Origin: a virus
Direction: 5' to 3' (one strand)
DNA: 64,000 nucleotides
IMG/VR virus record: IMGVR_UViG_3300050014_000073
Span: 1-64,000 of that record
Shown here: in pieces, positions 37,531-47,740 of the stretch
Position numbering within the stretch: position 1 is the first letter of the stretch
How the letters are laid out: each line of letters starts with the position of its first letter
Notes under the pieces: generated by a model
The model's input: the letters and a program-made list of their open reading frames with translations, nothing else
The model's database searches: none
What the model was told of the DNA's origin: nothing
Program-made: the position numbers and the translations under genes

Positions 37531-37794
37531 ATGAGCACTCACGTTGTTATCATCGACCGTGACAGCTTCACTCCTCGGCATCTGGAAGCACCGAATCAGT
37601 TCATCATTGAAGTCAACTCCCAAGGCTTCAACGCATACCAGACTACGAGCAAAGGCGAGCGTGAACTGATAGCAACTAGTGCCTCCGTTCTCACGTTTGC
37701 TGCAGTCATGGCGAGGATTATCCATGACGCAGGCTTTGCTGAGCAAGTTCACTTCCTGGCCGTGAAGCTGGACCCGATGGAGGTCAAGCCGTGA
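37531..37794 (+). CDS. hypothetical protein
   Basis: RBS and operon packing. Confidence 0.55.
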   Translation: MSTHVVIIDRDSFTPRHLEAPNQFIIEVNSQGFNAYQTTSKGERELIATSASVLTFAAVMARIIHDAGFAEQVHFLAVKLDPMEVKP

Positions 37795-38066
37795 TCACGA
37801 TTTGGAAATACCCTCTTCGTGTTCAATGTGAACAGAACATTGATATGCCTGAAGGTGCTCAGGTCCTCTGCGTACAGAATCAAGGTCCTGTTCATACACC
37901 TCTTCCTTTCCTTTGGGCGAAGGTTAACACTGAGAAGAAACTCGTTCCGAAAAAGATCTTGATTCGGGGAACAGGACACCCATTGGAAGGGGACGCGCAT
38001 TATATAGGAACGTTCCAGATAGATGGAGGAGATCTTGTCTTCCACGTCTTCGAGAGGTTTCTATGA
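37791..38066 (+). CDS. conserved phage hypothetical protein
   Basis: TIWKYPL..MPEGAQVL..GTGH..YIGTFQ..VFHVFE pattern. Confidence 0.75.
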   Translation: MITIWKYPLRVQCEQNIDMPEGAQVLCVQNQGPVHTPLPFLWAKVNTEKKLVPKKILIRGTGHPLEGDAHYIGTFQIDGGDLVFHVFERFL

Positions 38067-38377
38067 TCATTCGTGCTCTCGATCTTCAAGGAGTTCCAGT
38101 CCCGATGAAGGCTATGCGTCTTCATGGTATCTTTTCTTTAGAGGCACGATCTCATGAACATCTATACGTTGGTCCAATCGAGATCGAATCTGACGAAGAG
38201 TATGAACGGGAAGAAAGACAAGCATACGTTCCAATGGGGGTTTGCATCATGAACTGCCAGCCTCGAAAGAACTATAAGGAAGTTCCTCCCTGCGAGAAGT
38301 CAATCTCGTTGAAGGAGTACCTCCTGTGGTTCGGCTTCGTCGTACTCCTGGCAATCCTCAGTCGGTGGTGGAGTTAA
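38063..38377 (+). CDS. hypothetical protein with C-terminal TM
   Basis: ATGA coupling. Confidence 0.55.
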   Translation: MIIRALDLQGVPVPMKAMRLHGIFSLEARSHEHLYVGPIEIESDEEYEREERQAYVPMGVCIMNCQPRKNYKEVPPCEKSISLKEYLLWFGFVVLLAILSRWWS

Positions 38378-38594
38378 TGACTGCAATCCTCGAACGCCTG
38401 AACCGCTGGGTCCAAGCTCTTCCCAGCAATGATTCAATACCTGTAACGCATCGGGAAGCTGATATCCTGGCAGAAGGCCTCTCAAAGAACTCTTTCTACT
38501 TCAAGATGTCAAACGCGAGTTCTGATCCTCACGTCCTCCGCAACTCCCTCCAGAAGGGAACATTCCGGTTCTGTAATCATAAGGTGTTCGTGCT

Positions 38595-38861
38595 ATGATG
38601 ACCCCTCACAATTCAAAAGCAATCCAAGAGATGATCGCAGTCGGCGTCATTCCCCAAAACTGCCAGAAGTTTGAGATGCTATCCGACGCCGAAGGAGCTG
38701 TTCTGTTCAAGTACGAAGTCTTTGCTACCGAGGAACAGGTTCAGCAGATTGCCGATGCTCTTAAACGGAATCCAGAAGAAGCTCAGCGGATTACCAGAAC
38801 AGTGTTGTTCGGGGTAAATGACAAGGACAGTTCCCCTACAGCTAAAGTAGAACTTCCATAA
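38595..38861 (+). CDS. hypothetical protein flanked by 21-bp direct repeats
   Basis: CATAAGGTGTTCGTGCTRTGA at 38578 and 38857. Confidence 0.6.
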   Translation: MMTPHNSKAIQEMIAVGVIPQNCQKFEMLSDAEGAVLFKYEVFATEEQVQQIADALKRNPEEAQRITRTVLFGVNDKDSSPTAKVELP

Positions 38862-38890
38862 GGTGTTCGTGCTGTGATTGATATCGTTCA

Positions 38891-38923
38891 GTCGCTGCCC
38901 GCGCGAGCAGCGTGGATTGAAAC
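38891..38923 (+). CRISPR. solitary type I-C-like repeat
   Basis: GTCGCTGCCCGCGCGAGCAGCGTGGATTGAAAC; one mismatch to reverse complement of 8588-8620. Confidence 0.88.
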
Positions 38924-38949
38924 AACCCTTACCTCCTATTAAAATTCCA

Positions 38950-39306
38950 ATGGCACAAGGAAGTCAGTATCACGTCAACGCCCGGGATAAAGACCGGGTC
39001 CAGTGTATGGCAGAGGGCGGAGTTCCAGAGACTCGGATTGCAGAAATCCTCGACATGGCTCCGAAGACCCTACGCAAGTATTACGGAAAGCTCATCAAGG
39101 ATTGTTTGGACGAAACCGTAGGCAAGATTGGTCACTCGATTGTCCAGAGAGCCTTAGATCTGAACTGCCGTGACGGGGCTTCCTGTGCAATGTTCTATCT
39201 CAAGACCCGAGGCAACAAGTACGGATGGTCCGAGAAGATTGGGTTTGATGACGCAGCTGCTAGCTTGATTAAGCGGGTCATTGGCGTGAAAGACGACGAA
39301 ATCTGA
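38950..39306 (+). CDS. terminase small subunit
   Basis: HTH IAEILDMAPKTLRKYY, AMFYLKTRG..GW; upstream of TerL. Confidence 0.8.
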   Translation: MAQGSQYHVNARDKDRVQCMAEGGVPETRIAEILDMAPKTLRKYYGKLIKDCLDETVGKIGHSIVQRALDLNCRDGASCAMFYLKTRGNKYGWSEKIGFDDAAASLIKRVIGVKDDEI

Positions 39307-39323
39307 TCCAGGTTGGAAACCCT

Positions 39324-39716
39324 TTGCGTGAACATCGTGTTACTCACCCAACGTTCGGAGTTGTTACCTGGTTCGAAATCAAAGCTGGAACTGCTTCTCT
39401 TACCAAGTCTCTCAAAAAGCGGATTTGTAGCTGGTGCCTTAAGGAAGTTCATGGGTCTCGCCGGACACGTTGTGGAAGTAAGGAATGCGATGAGGCCTTG
39501 CACCGTGCGCAGCGTTATTCATATTGTCGAGGCATTCAGCTTCGTGAACACCGATTCTGCGAGTGTGGAGTACGCGGATCTGAAGTTGACCACGTTGTTC
39601 CAGTCAGTCTTGGTGGAACTGGTGACAAGAGCAACCTCCGTACTTTGTGTCGTGCCTGCCATAAGGTTGCAACTGCTTTGCTTCGCGCAATGAAATCCAA
39701 GTACAAGGCTATATAA
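39324..39716 (+). CDS. HNH endonuclease
   Basis: EVDHVVPVSLGGTGDKSNLRTLCRACH. Confidence 0.88.
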   Translation: MREHRVTHPTFGVVTWFEIKAGTASLTKSLKKRICSWCLKEVHGSRRTRCGSKECDEALHRAQRYSYCRGIQLREHRFCECGVRGSEVDHVVPVSLGGTGDKSNLRTLCRACHKVATALLRAMKSKYKAI

Positions 39717-39720
39717 AGCA

Positions 39721-41259
39721 GTGGCTGCTCTCGCTCAACCTCCGATCAAGAAGCAAAAGTGGATACCGAGGAAGGAATTTCTCAAGCAGATCCACGACCC
39801 TGCTTTTCAAGCACCTAAGGTTCAGTACATCGACTACGAACCGAGGGGCAACGTCAAGGAGATGTTCCGTCATAAGGAACGTGAGATTATCCTTGCAGGT
39901 CCGGCTGGAACAGGTAAGAGCCGAGGGGCTCTTGAGAAGCTTCATTGGATTTGTGAGAAGTATCCTCGCGCTCGCTGCCTCATGCTGCGCAAGACTCGTC
40001 GCAGTTTGACGCAGTCGGGTATTATTACGTATGAGCAGCGTGTTCTTCCCGCTCCCAACTACGTTCCGTTCCACGGTGGCGAACAAGCCTACATCTATCC
40101 GAACGGGAGCATCCTAGCAGTAGGAGGCCTTGACGATCCGAACAAGCTGTTCTCTTCGGATTGGGATGTCATCTTCGTCCAACAGACTGAGGAGTTGAAC
40201 TTAGGGGAATGGGAGAGCTTGCTCCGGTCTCTTCGTTCATGGAAGGTTCCATATCAGCAGGTCATTGGTGACTGTAACCCTGGGCCTCCTACCCATTGGA
40301 TTCTGTCCCGCAAGTCAGCGGGGTCCTGTACCTTTTTAGAGACGCGTCATGAAGACAATCCGGAACTGTGGAACGGCTACTGCCCGATGCACGGGAAGAT
40401 CGAACCGGAGTGGACCTGTCGAGGACGCGAATACATCTCGGTGCTTGACGCCTATACAGGAGTCCGGTTCCTTCGTCTCCGCAAAGGGATCTGGGCAGCT
40501 GCTGAAGGGATTGTCTATGAAGACGTCTGGGATGTAGCGGTTCACGTCATTGATCGCTTTGTCACAACTCCTTTAGATAAGGACCAGGTTCCTAAGAGCT
40601 GGCCACGCTATTGGGGCGTTGACTTTGGCTATACGAACCCCTTCGTCTGGAGCGCCTTTGCGGAAGACCCTGACGGACGTCTGTTCCGGTACAAAGAGAT
40701 CTACCGGACGAAGACTCTTGTTGAGGACCATGCCAAGCGGATTCTAGAAGTGACGCAGGACGAACCTAAGCCTCAGTGGATTGTCTGCGATACGGATGCT
40801 GAAGACCGCGCTACTTTAGAGAAGCATCTTGGGATGAAGACAGTCGGAGCTTGGAAGTCCGTCAGTCCTGGAATCCAGGCGGTCTCAACGCGCCTCAAGA
40901 TTGCCGGCGACGGGAAGCCTCGGTTGTTCTATCTTAAGAACTCTGTCGTGGACGTTGATCCTTTGCTCCTGGCGGAACATAAGCCAACTTGCACTGAAGA
41001 AGAGTACCCAGTATATGTTTGGGACACATCGAACAACCGGAAGCGCGGTGAAGAGCCTGTAAAGGAATTTGACCACGGGCAAGACTTGAGCCGGTACGTC
41101 ATAACTAAAAAAGATGACACTTCCGGCAAGAAGCCGAAGTTCTTTGCGATTGGTTCCGTGACGAAGACGGGTGGTTCAGGAGAAGGTGGCAGCTTGGCTC
41201 GTCCTTCGCCTTGGAGAATGGGTGGAGGAATCGGATTGGGAACGCGGTGGGGACAGTGA
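39721..41259 (+). CDS. terL: terminase large subunit
   Basis: GPAGTGKS, DCNP, GVDFGYTNP, DHGQD..RY. Confidence 0.93.
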   Translation: MAALAQPPIKKQKWIPRKEFLKQIHDPAFQAPKVQYIDYEPRGNVKEMFRHKEREIILAGPAGTGKSRGALEKLHWICEKYPRARCLMLRKTRRSLTQSGIITYEQRVLPAPNYVPFHGGEQAYIYPNGSILAVGGLDDPNKLFSSDWDVIFVQQTEELNLGEWESLLRSLRSWKVPYQQVIGDCNPGPPTHWILSRKSAGSCTFLETRHEDNPELWNGYCPMHGKIEPEWTCRGREYISVLDAYTGVRFLRLRKGIWAAAEGIVYEDVWDVAVHVIDRFVTTPLDKDQVPKSWPRYWGVDFGYTNPFVWSAFAEDPDGRLFRYKEIYRTKTLVEDHAKRILEVTQDEPKPQWIVCDTDAEDRATLEKHLGMKTVGAWKSVSPGIQAVSTRLKIAGDGKPRLFYLKNSVVDVDPLLLAEHKPTCTEEEYPVYVWDTSNNRKRGEEPVKEFDHGQDLSRYVITKKDDTSGKKPKFFAIGSVTKTGGSGEGGSLARPSPWRMGGGIGLGTRWGQ

Positions 41260-41366
41260 ACGAGCAGAACCGCTTCCATAAGCATCATCGCGCCGTTCGG
41301 TTCTGTCTTCGTGTTATGGTTATCAGTCATCATCATTTCTGGGAAGAAAACAAAAGGAGAAAGCAT

Positions 41367-41684
41367 ATGAACAACTACAACGATGGACAGAATCTTTTGA
41401 TCCAAGTGGTCAATGTCGTCGATGTTTTCGGGCAACCGGCAGTATTGACTGTGGTCCCGTTCTGGAGTACTTCAGATGCAACGGTCTTCAATCCAGTTGC
41501 TGCTGCTGACGGTTTGTCAGCAACGGGAGTTGCCTTGAAGACCGGAACAGTGACTATCACTGCAACGACAACCGATCAGGGATCAGCGTCGGTTACGCTT
41601 CCTGTTGGAGCGGGCCAAGCGGTCAGTTTCCAGCTCCAGGTTAGTATAGTACCAGTGGCAACTACTCTCAATCCGATTGCCTAG
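41367..41684 (+). CDS. Ig-like domain protein
   Basis: WSTSDATV..DGLSA..GTVTITAT. Confidence 0.65.
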   Translation: MNNYNDGQNLLIQVVNVVDVFGQPAVLTVVPFWSTSDATVFNPVAAADGLSATGVALKTGTVTITATTTDQGSASVTLPVGAGQAVSFQLQVSIVPVATTLNPIA

Positions 41685-41686
41685 AC

Positions 41687-41783
41687 CCTAAACCTGATCG
41701 CTACGGGTCGCTAGGACAGTCTGTAGACTCTGGATAGGTACTTTTCTACGCCATAGTCAACGCTAGCCTTAAACGGTCTCTAA
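41687..41783 (+). repeat. dispersed two-box element, copy 4
   Basis: CCTAAACCTGATCGCTACGGGTCGCTAGGACA identical to copy 1; TAGGTACTTTTC shared; degenerate second box. Confidence 0.75.
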
Positions 41784-41784
41784 T

Positions 41785-42111
41785 ATGGGGACTTCATCCA
41801 CTAACAAAGGACCTGTCGCGGACGCCAAAGTCCCAATCGTTCCGGGCGTCTATCCTGTAAAGGATCTGATGCAGCGGATCGAGGAGACTAAAGAATCCAA
41901 GACTCCTTCCCCACCAATGTCAATGAAGTCCTCTCCACTTGCTGTGAAGTCTGCTTGGTACGAGATGGACTATCTTGTCAAGTATCGCGATCCGCTGCTG
42001 GCAGTTGGATTCGGATTGGTAGTTGTGGGAATCTTTCGTATCTATGTTCCAGCGGGGTTTGTGGTTCTGGGGCTAGGACTGACGGCAGCAAGTTTGTTCC
42101 TGTCGAAGTAG
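41785..42111 (+). CDS. membrane protein (2 C-terminal TM)
   Basis: Hydrophobic C-terminus. Confidence 0.65.
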   Translation: MGTSSTNKGPVADAKVPIVPGVYPVKDLMQRIEETKESKTPSPPMSMKSSPLAVKSAWYEMDYLVKYRDPLLAVGFGLVVVGIFRIYVPAGFVVLGLGLTAASLFLSK

Positions 42112-42118
42112 AGGAGAA

Positions 42119-42472
42119 ATGAAAATGAAACTTCGTTCAATCTTGTTGGTTCTGTTCCTGAGCATTGCAAGCGCCCAGGGACTTCTTGCTCCTGTCAGTA
42201 TCCCGGACATCTCGGGGACGGGATCAGCCGTTGCAATCGCAGCGTCAGGAACAGTAGTCCGCTTCTGTCAGCTCGTTGCTCCTTCGACGAACACGAACAA
42301 CGTTCGTTGGGGAGACTCAGCGATTACGACGTCACGAGGATCAATCATTGCTCCTGGAGGAGGACAGTTCATTCCTCCTGGCGGAGTTGGTTCTCCTTAC
42401 ACGATTGACCTTGGTCATTGGTACGTTCTGGTTCAGTCAGGCGACTATCTGACAGAGACTTGCGCGAAGTAA
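42119..42472 (+). CDS. secreted beta-rich protein
   Basis: Signal peptide ending ASA. Confidence 0.7.
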   Translation: MKMKLRSILLVLFLSIASAQGLLAPVSIPDISGTGSAVAIAASGTVVRFCQLVAPSTNTNNVRWGDSAITTSRGSIIAPGGGQFIPPGGVGSPYTIDLGHWYVLVQSGDYLTETCAK

Positions 42473-42485
42473 GGAGAGTACTACA

Positions 42486-44003
42486 ATGAAACGACTTCTT
42501 CTTCTTGTACTTCTTCCACTCGGACTATTTGCGCAGTACGTGCCGGGGAGCAGATCGTTCACCGCGCTCACTGGCGGTGCTACCAGCACGGCCACGGGCG
42601 GCGCAACCACGATCAACGGCCTGTACGTGGTCACCGACACTGGAACGGCCAACACCTACACGTCGGCAGTGGACGCGAGCGCCCCGGCCCTAGCAGACGG
42701 CATTCTCATCGACTTCGTGGCTGTTCATGCGAGCACCGGAGCCTCCACGTTTGCGTATCAGGGTGGGTCGGCCCGAGCCATTGTGGACCAGACCGAAACC
42801 GCGCTTACGTCGGGTATGATTCCAGTGGGGCACGTCTTACTGAAATACAAGGCGACGGGAACGAAGTGGATCTTGCTCGACGCATTGAATCAAAGTACGA
42901 CCGCCAACGCGGGGACGGCCACGACAGCGGCGAACCTCAGCGGAACGCCTGCCTTACCCAATGGGACCACTGCGACCACACAATCTCAGGCAGACGGCAC
43001 GACCAAGCTGGCGACCACGGCCTATGTGGATACTGGATTGGGCGGCAAGGCCGCGTCGGGTGCTTCCACGTCCGTCAATTCTCAAACATGCGCACTCGGC
43101 GGATCTTGCACCGTGACCGTTACACCGACCGGGGCTGGACTCAGCAACGTCACCAACGATACCCAAACCAAAGCGGCAGTCGTGCCTAACACCGCGCCAT
43201 CTGCTGGGCAGATTCTTGTGGGCAACGCGGGCGGGTCGGCCTACGCTCCTGTGTCGGTGAGTGGATGCACTCTCACAAGTACCGGGGAGCTGTCATGTAG
43301 CGGTTTGCAATGCCTCGACACCGGCGCGGTTAACGCGATCACCTGCACTCAGGCGGGCGTGACAGCTTACGCTGCCGGGCTCCAACTGACCGTTACCCCC
43401 TTGCATACAAATACCGGCGCAGCCACTTTGACTGTGAACTCGCTGGCATCTTTACCCGTGCAGCGCAATGGGGCGGCGTTGACAGGTGGCGACTACCTGA
43501 TCGGCCAGCCGGTCACAGTTATCTGCGGTCTGACGGCGTGCCAGATAGGGGGATCTGGCCCGTGGTCCGACGATGGCTCGACGATCAGCGCGGCGAGTGG
43601 GAGGAGCGTAGCGATACCGACTGCGTTGCCTGGAGCGTTGCCCACAACGACGGGAGGCAGCGGAGTGCTTGTCCCGGTTCTGATCTCCACCTCTGGGCCT
43701 GTATCGCCCGTCGCCACGGGTTTTTACATCAACAACGCGAGCAGGGCGCTCACCTACACACTGCCCGCCATCACATCGGCTAACGTCGGCCTTCAGGTTT
43801 GCGTCCGCAACGCTGTCACCAAGACGGGCGCAATCACGCTTACAGCACCAGCATCCACGTATATTGACGTTTCCGGTGCGGTGGGCAGCGCAGCGGGAAC
43901 GCTGGTAAGCGGTGGCGCGCTGGGGGATGCAGCGTGTGTGGTGGCGGTTGATACGACGCATTACTACGCTTTTATCGGCGTGGGGACTTGGAATAATAAC
44001 TAG
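42486..44003 (+). CDS. fibre-like Thr/Ala/Gly-rich protein with signal peptide
   Basis: MKRLLLLVLLPLGLFA; TKLATTAYV and NTGAATL tail-fibre-like motifs. Confidence 0.75.
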   Translation: MKRLLLLVLLPLGLFAQYVPGSRSFTALTGGATSTATGGATTINGLYVVTDTGTANTYTSAVDASAPALADGILIDFVAVHASTGASTFAYQGGSARAIVDQTETALTSGMIPVGHVLLKYKATGTKWILLDALNQSTTANAGTATTAANLSGTPALPNGTTATTQSQADGTTKLATTAYVDTGLGGKAASGASTSVNSQTCALGGSCTVTVTPTGAGLSNVTNDTQTKAAVVPNTAPSAGQILVGNAGGSAYAPVSVSGCTLTSTGELSCSGLQCLDTGAVNAITCTQAGVTAYAAGLQLTVTPLHTNTGAATLTVNSLASLPVQRNGAALTGGDYLIGQPVTVICGLTACQIGGSGPWSDDGSTISAASGRSVAIPTALPGALPTTTGGSGVLVPVLISTSGPVSPVATGFYINNASRALTYTLPAITSANVGLQVCVRNAVTKTGAITLTAPASTYIDVSGAVGSAAGTLVSGGALGDAACVVAVDTTHYYAFIGVGTWNNN

Positions 44004-44005
44004 CC

Positions 44006-46351
44006 ATGCGAAAACTCTCTATTCTCACTCTGCTGGTGTTAGCCGGATCTCTCGCCGCGCAGATCCTTGCACCGATTGTGGCCGGCGGCCCTCAGTGCTG
44101 CACCTACTATATCTCAAACACAGGCTCTGACTCAGCCAACGGCCTCACGCCTACAACTGCAAAGCAAACTATCGCAGCGGTCAATGCACTTACACTCTTG
44201 CCAGGTCAGTCGGTCGGTTTCAAGCGCGGCGGCACGTGGCGCGAGACGCTGACGCCGGGGCAGAGCGGCGCGGCGGGGAGCCCGATCACGTTCGGGTCGT
44301 ATGGGAGCGGAGCGCAGCCAATCATCAACGGGGCGGACGTATTTACTCCCTGGACTTCTCAGGCAGTTGGCGCTAGCGGTAATGTAGCTAAGGCCGACAT
44401 GAGGTTGAGTACAATCTCAGGGACGGCGTTCGTGGATTTTGGCGCGGCGGGCTCCCTGACTCCATACCTGGGATCTACATTGGTAATCACTGACAGCGCA
44501 GGAAAACATCTTACGGGCTACATTAAAGCCGCTGGGTCAAGTGAGACCCTTGGCACAACCGAGTACGTCCCCAATACCGCGTTTTCCAACACGTCTAATG
44601 TCTGGACAAGCAACGCCAACATGGCAACCTCAAGCGGTACGGGTTACGGCGGCAGCAACGCCCTTCAGGTAACCACCACGGCCGGATTTGGGTCTGCCCA
44701 TGAGAGCTTGACTACCTCGGCGGGAATGTTGATAAAGAGTTCTGCGTACCTGAAAGTGGGGACTGGATCAAGCGGCCAAAAACTTGAAATCACTGATACC
44801 GCATACGGATCTCTTGCGGTGACTGCTTGGGTTGCTCCCGCCAACTGGACACAGTACGTTCTCTACGCTACCTCGGGAGTAACGAACCAAGTCGGCAATC
44901 AGTATTACTCCAACTACAACAACGGTACGATGTCGCAGTACTCGGTGCCAAGTAGCAAACAGGTTATCACACCGAGCGCCACGGGCGTGACGATTACTTC
45001 TACTGCGGGCGGCTCTACCTATGCGTGGGCATCAGAGGAATCGGGGTTTAATCGCAACGACACAACCTATTCGTATGCGATCACCAGCAGCACGGTCTAT
45101 TACATTTCCTACACGACGGCCCCAACGCAAGTCTTTGAGGACGGCAGTCGCCTATCTCAGAATGTGACTTCTTACGCTTCCCTTGTGCCTGGACAATGGT
45201 ATCTGGATATGGTAGCCACCAAGATTTGGGTACGGCTGACCGGAGACGATGCCCCATCTAACGGGCACACCATTCAGGCCAGCCAGCGGGCAATGGCTAT
45301 TGACATTGGCGATGGCAACGCCTACGCGGGGGTGAGCTACATCACCGTGCAGGGAATCCATGCCACAATGTCAAACGGCGGCTATGGCAACATTGGGCTG
45401 GTTCACGCCGCGACGAACCACGTAATTATATCCGGGGTAACATCCGACTACAGCGCCAATGACGGGATCAAGATAAGCTCCACGGTTGAGGGCGGGGATA
45501 TCAACATCACCGGCAATGTCAGCAACAATAACCTGGGCATCGGGGTCAGCACTAATCAGTACTCGGGGGCATCGCTTGGGCACGAAGTCTACATTCAGTA
45601 CAACAATGTTTCCGCCAATCAAGCGGATGGCATCGAAACCTATGGGAATTACGCGATCATTCAGTACAACACCGTCCACGATAGCGGCACGACCTCGACC
45701 GACTGCATCGGCATTCACATTTATTCCGCGAGCGGTTCCGATGGGCTTGGGCAACACAACATTATTCGATACAATACGGTCTACAATCAGATGTCAAACG
45801 GTTTCGATGGTTCCGGCATAGAGACTGACCACTACGCGGCTAACAACTCACTGTATGGAAATGTGATTTACAACAACCAAGGTCCATGCATCGACCTGTG
45901 GGACAGTGCCTCTGTGCTGGTTTACAACAACACCTGCTACGGAAATTTGCGGAACCCGGCTTTCCCCGGAGGGCACGGCGAAATCGTCCTCGGTCAAGCT
46001 CTAGGGCTGACTAACAACATCACGGTGGAGAACAATATCACCTACCCCACAAGCTCAGGCGCGTATTCGATTTACATTGACGCGACGACGGCTGCAAAGA
46101 CCCTGGCATTCGTCCACAATCTTTGGTACGATCCGTCAAACTCGGATTGGTGGTATGCGGGGTCTGCCGGGAGTACGCTCGCGGCGTGGAACTCCCAAAC
46201 ATTCGCAGGGTCGGACTTGTATGGTAACCCGCTGATGGTCGCTCCCGCTAGTGCAAACTTCCTGCTACAGCCCACTTCCCCGGCCCTAGCCGCTGGTGTC
46301 TTCATCCCCGGCGTGAGCACGGCGAATCCGCCGAACATTGGAGCCAAATGA
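44006..46351 (+). CDS. right-handed beta-helix (pectin-lyase-like) protein with signal peptide
   Basis: YYIS..GSDSANG, FKRGGTWRE, GSYGSG, parallel beta-helix repeats, LQPTSPA..NIGA. Confidence 0.85.
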   Translation: MRKLSILTLLVLAGSLAAQILAPIVAGGPQCCTYYISNTGSDSANGLTPTTAKQTIAAVNALTLLPGQSVGFKRGGTWRETLTPGQSGAAGSPITFGSYGSGAQPIINGADVFTPWTSQAVGASGNVAKADMRLSTISGTAFVDFGAAGSLTPYLGSTLVITDSAGKHLTGYIKAAGSSETLGTTEYVPNTAFSNTSNVWTSNANMATSSGTGYGGSNALQVTTTAGFGSAHESLTTSAGMLIKSSAYLKVGTGSSGQKLEITDTAYGSLAVTAWVAPANWTQYVLYATSGVTNQVGNQYYSNYNNGTMSQYSVPSSKQVITPSATGVTITSTAGGSTYAWASEESGFNRNDTTYSYAITSSTVYYISYTTAPTQVFEDGSRLSQNVTSYASLVPGQWYLDMVATKIWVRLTGDDAPSNGHTIQASQRAMAIDIGDGNAYAGVSYITVQGIHATMSNGGYGNIGLVHAATNHVIISGVTSDYSANDGIKISSTVEGGDINITGNVSNNNLGIGVSTNQYSGASLGHEVYIQYNNVSANQADGIETYGNYAIIQYNTVHDSGTTSTDCIGIHIYSASGSDGLGQHNIIRYNTVYNQMSNGFDGSGIETDHYAANNSLYGNVIYNNQGPCIDLWDSASVLVYNNTCYGNLRNPAFPGGHGEIVLGQALGLTNNITVENNITYPTSSGAYSIYIDATTAAKTLAFVHNLWYDPSNSDWWYAGSAGSTLAAWNSQTFAGSDLYGNPLMVAPASANFLLQPTSPALAAGVFIPGVSTANPPNIGAK

Positions 46352-46595
46352 AACCCCTTCTCATCCTCTTGCTCTGCGCTCCGGCGTGGGGCACAAACAC
46401 CCAATCGCTGGCGGAAGCGGAGCAGCGGGCGGCAGATTTCGATGTAGCAGGAGACTTATGAAACGATCCGTTATCTTCTTGGTATTCGCAGCAATCGCGG
46501 CGGGGAATCCGCGCCCGGCCTCCGGCTCTTGGGACATCGGGGCGTATCAGTACGTGGCCGCTCCAGCATCCAACCTGCTGGCGGTGAGGCGGTAA
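46348..46595 (+). pseudogene. two collapsed secreted-protein remnants (37 aa and 45 aa)
   Basis: MKPLLILLLCAPAWG...; MKRSVIFLVFAAIAA joined directly to GNPRPASGSWDIGAYQY. Confidence 0.55.
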
Positions 46596-46760
46596 TGGCC
46601 CAAAACGACGCGGTGAGGATGGGCAGGGGTAAGCCCGGTGAAGCGTAGCGCACGGAAAGCCAAAATGATCGAATCCTCTGGTAGGTGTTTAATTGTGAAG
46701 TATAAGGTGGCAAAACAGATTTGCAATTTGGAGCAAAGAGTCAAAGAACTGGAGAATAAA

Positions 46761-47042
46761 ATGGCAACATTTGCAGCAGACTTGGCGGCCTTGCAGGCTG
46801 TCGTGACGAAGATGACGGGCGACTTGACCGCGATTGCGTCAGGTATCTCAAACCTAGTAACGGAAGTAGCTACGCTTACCAGCGAACTGGCGTCGGGAAG
46901 CATTACTCCAGCTCAGCAAGATGCGCTGGACACGGTTACAGCATCCCTCGCCTCTCTGGGGGTGACTGCCGACGCCGCTGTAGCTAGTCTTCCAGCTTCC
47001 TCAGCTCCCCCAGTGCCTGCACCTCCCGCCCCGCCCGCTTAG
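46761..47042 (+). CDS. coiled-coil protein with Pro tail
   Basis: GGAG RBS, MATFAADLAALQA. Confidence 0.6.
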   Translation: MATFAADLAALQAVVTKMTGDLTAIASGISNLVTEVATLTSELASGSITPAQQDALDTVTASLASLGVTADAAVASLPASSAPPVPAPPAPPA

Positions 47043-47053
47043 GAGTGGTATAT

Positions 47054-47740
47054 ATGCGGCGGTTGATTCCATTTCTTCTGCTGGCGTCTGGTTCACTCAT
47101 GGCACAGACGCCAGTAGGGCCTGGGCAGGTTGGCACGATGTACTGCATGGCTGTTCAACGGGCAGTCTGTGTGCTTCCGCCTGCTAACTGCCCGCCAGCA
47201 CAGGTGCAGACGTATTGCTATCAGTATCCCGCAAACCCAACTTGGGTGCTGGTTCATAACTCTATCGACAGTCTTCCTGCTAGCGGCGGATCGTTGACGG
47301 TCTCGTTTAATTGGGCGAGTGACCTCATCACTTGGTATTTTGTCTTGTCCGGCCCGGGCGATGGCGGAGGCACTGTAACTGCGCCAGCAGCCTTGGAATG
47401 GGAATACACGGCTGACCAAGATCCTATCCAGTATGGAATCTTCGGTCCGTTGACTTCCGCCGCTTGCGTCAGTACGCTTTGCACAGTCTACACGGACGCC
47501 TACGGCGCTGACATGATGGTGGGGATCGGGGCTTATCCAGCGGGAGTCAGCGGGCCGAGTTCGTTGGTCATTTTAGCTGGGTCCACTACGGCGCAGTTCA
47601 CTATTGTGTTTGCGGGCACTCCGGTAGTGGTAAGTCCTACAGTGACAAATTGGAACTATGGGGCGCTGCCGGGAAGCAATATGCTTTATACCCCTGGGCC
47701 AAACTTCCAGCCTACAGTATGGATGGGTGGAGTAAATTGA
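47054..47740 (+). CDS. secreted protein
   Basis: Signal peptide MRRLIPFLLLASGSLMA. Confidence 0.7.
   Translation: MRRLIPFLLLASGSLMAQTPVGPGQVGTMYCMAVQRAVCVLPPANCPPAQVQTYCYQYPANPTWVLVHNSIDSLPASGGSLTVSFNWASDLITWYFVLSGPGDGGGTVTAPAALEWEYTADQDPIQYGIFGPLTSAACVSTLCTVYTDAYGADMMVGIGAYPAGVSGPSSLVILAGSTTAQFTIVFAGTPVVVSPTVTNWNYGALPGSNMLYTPGPNFQPTVWMGGVN

Noticed and set aside
36494-38923. The two solitary repeats as one array
   Set aside because: They are 2.4 kb apart with intact genes between them
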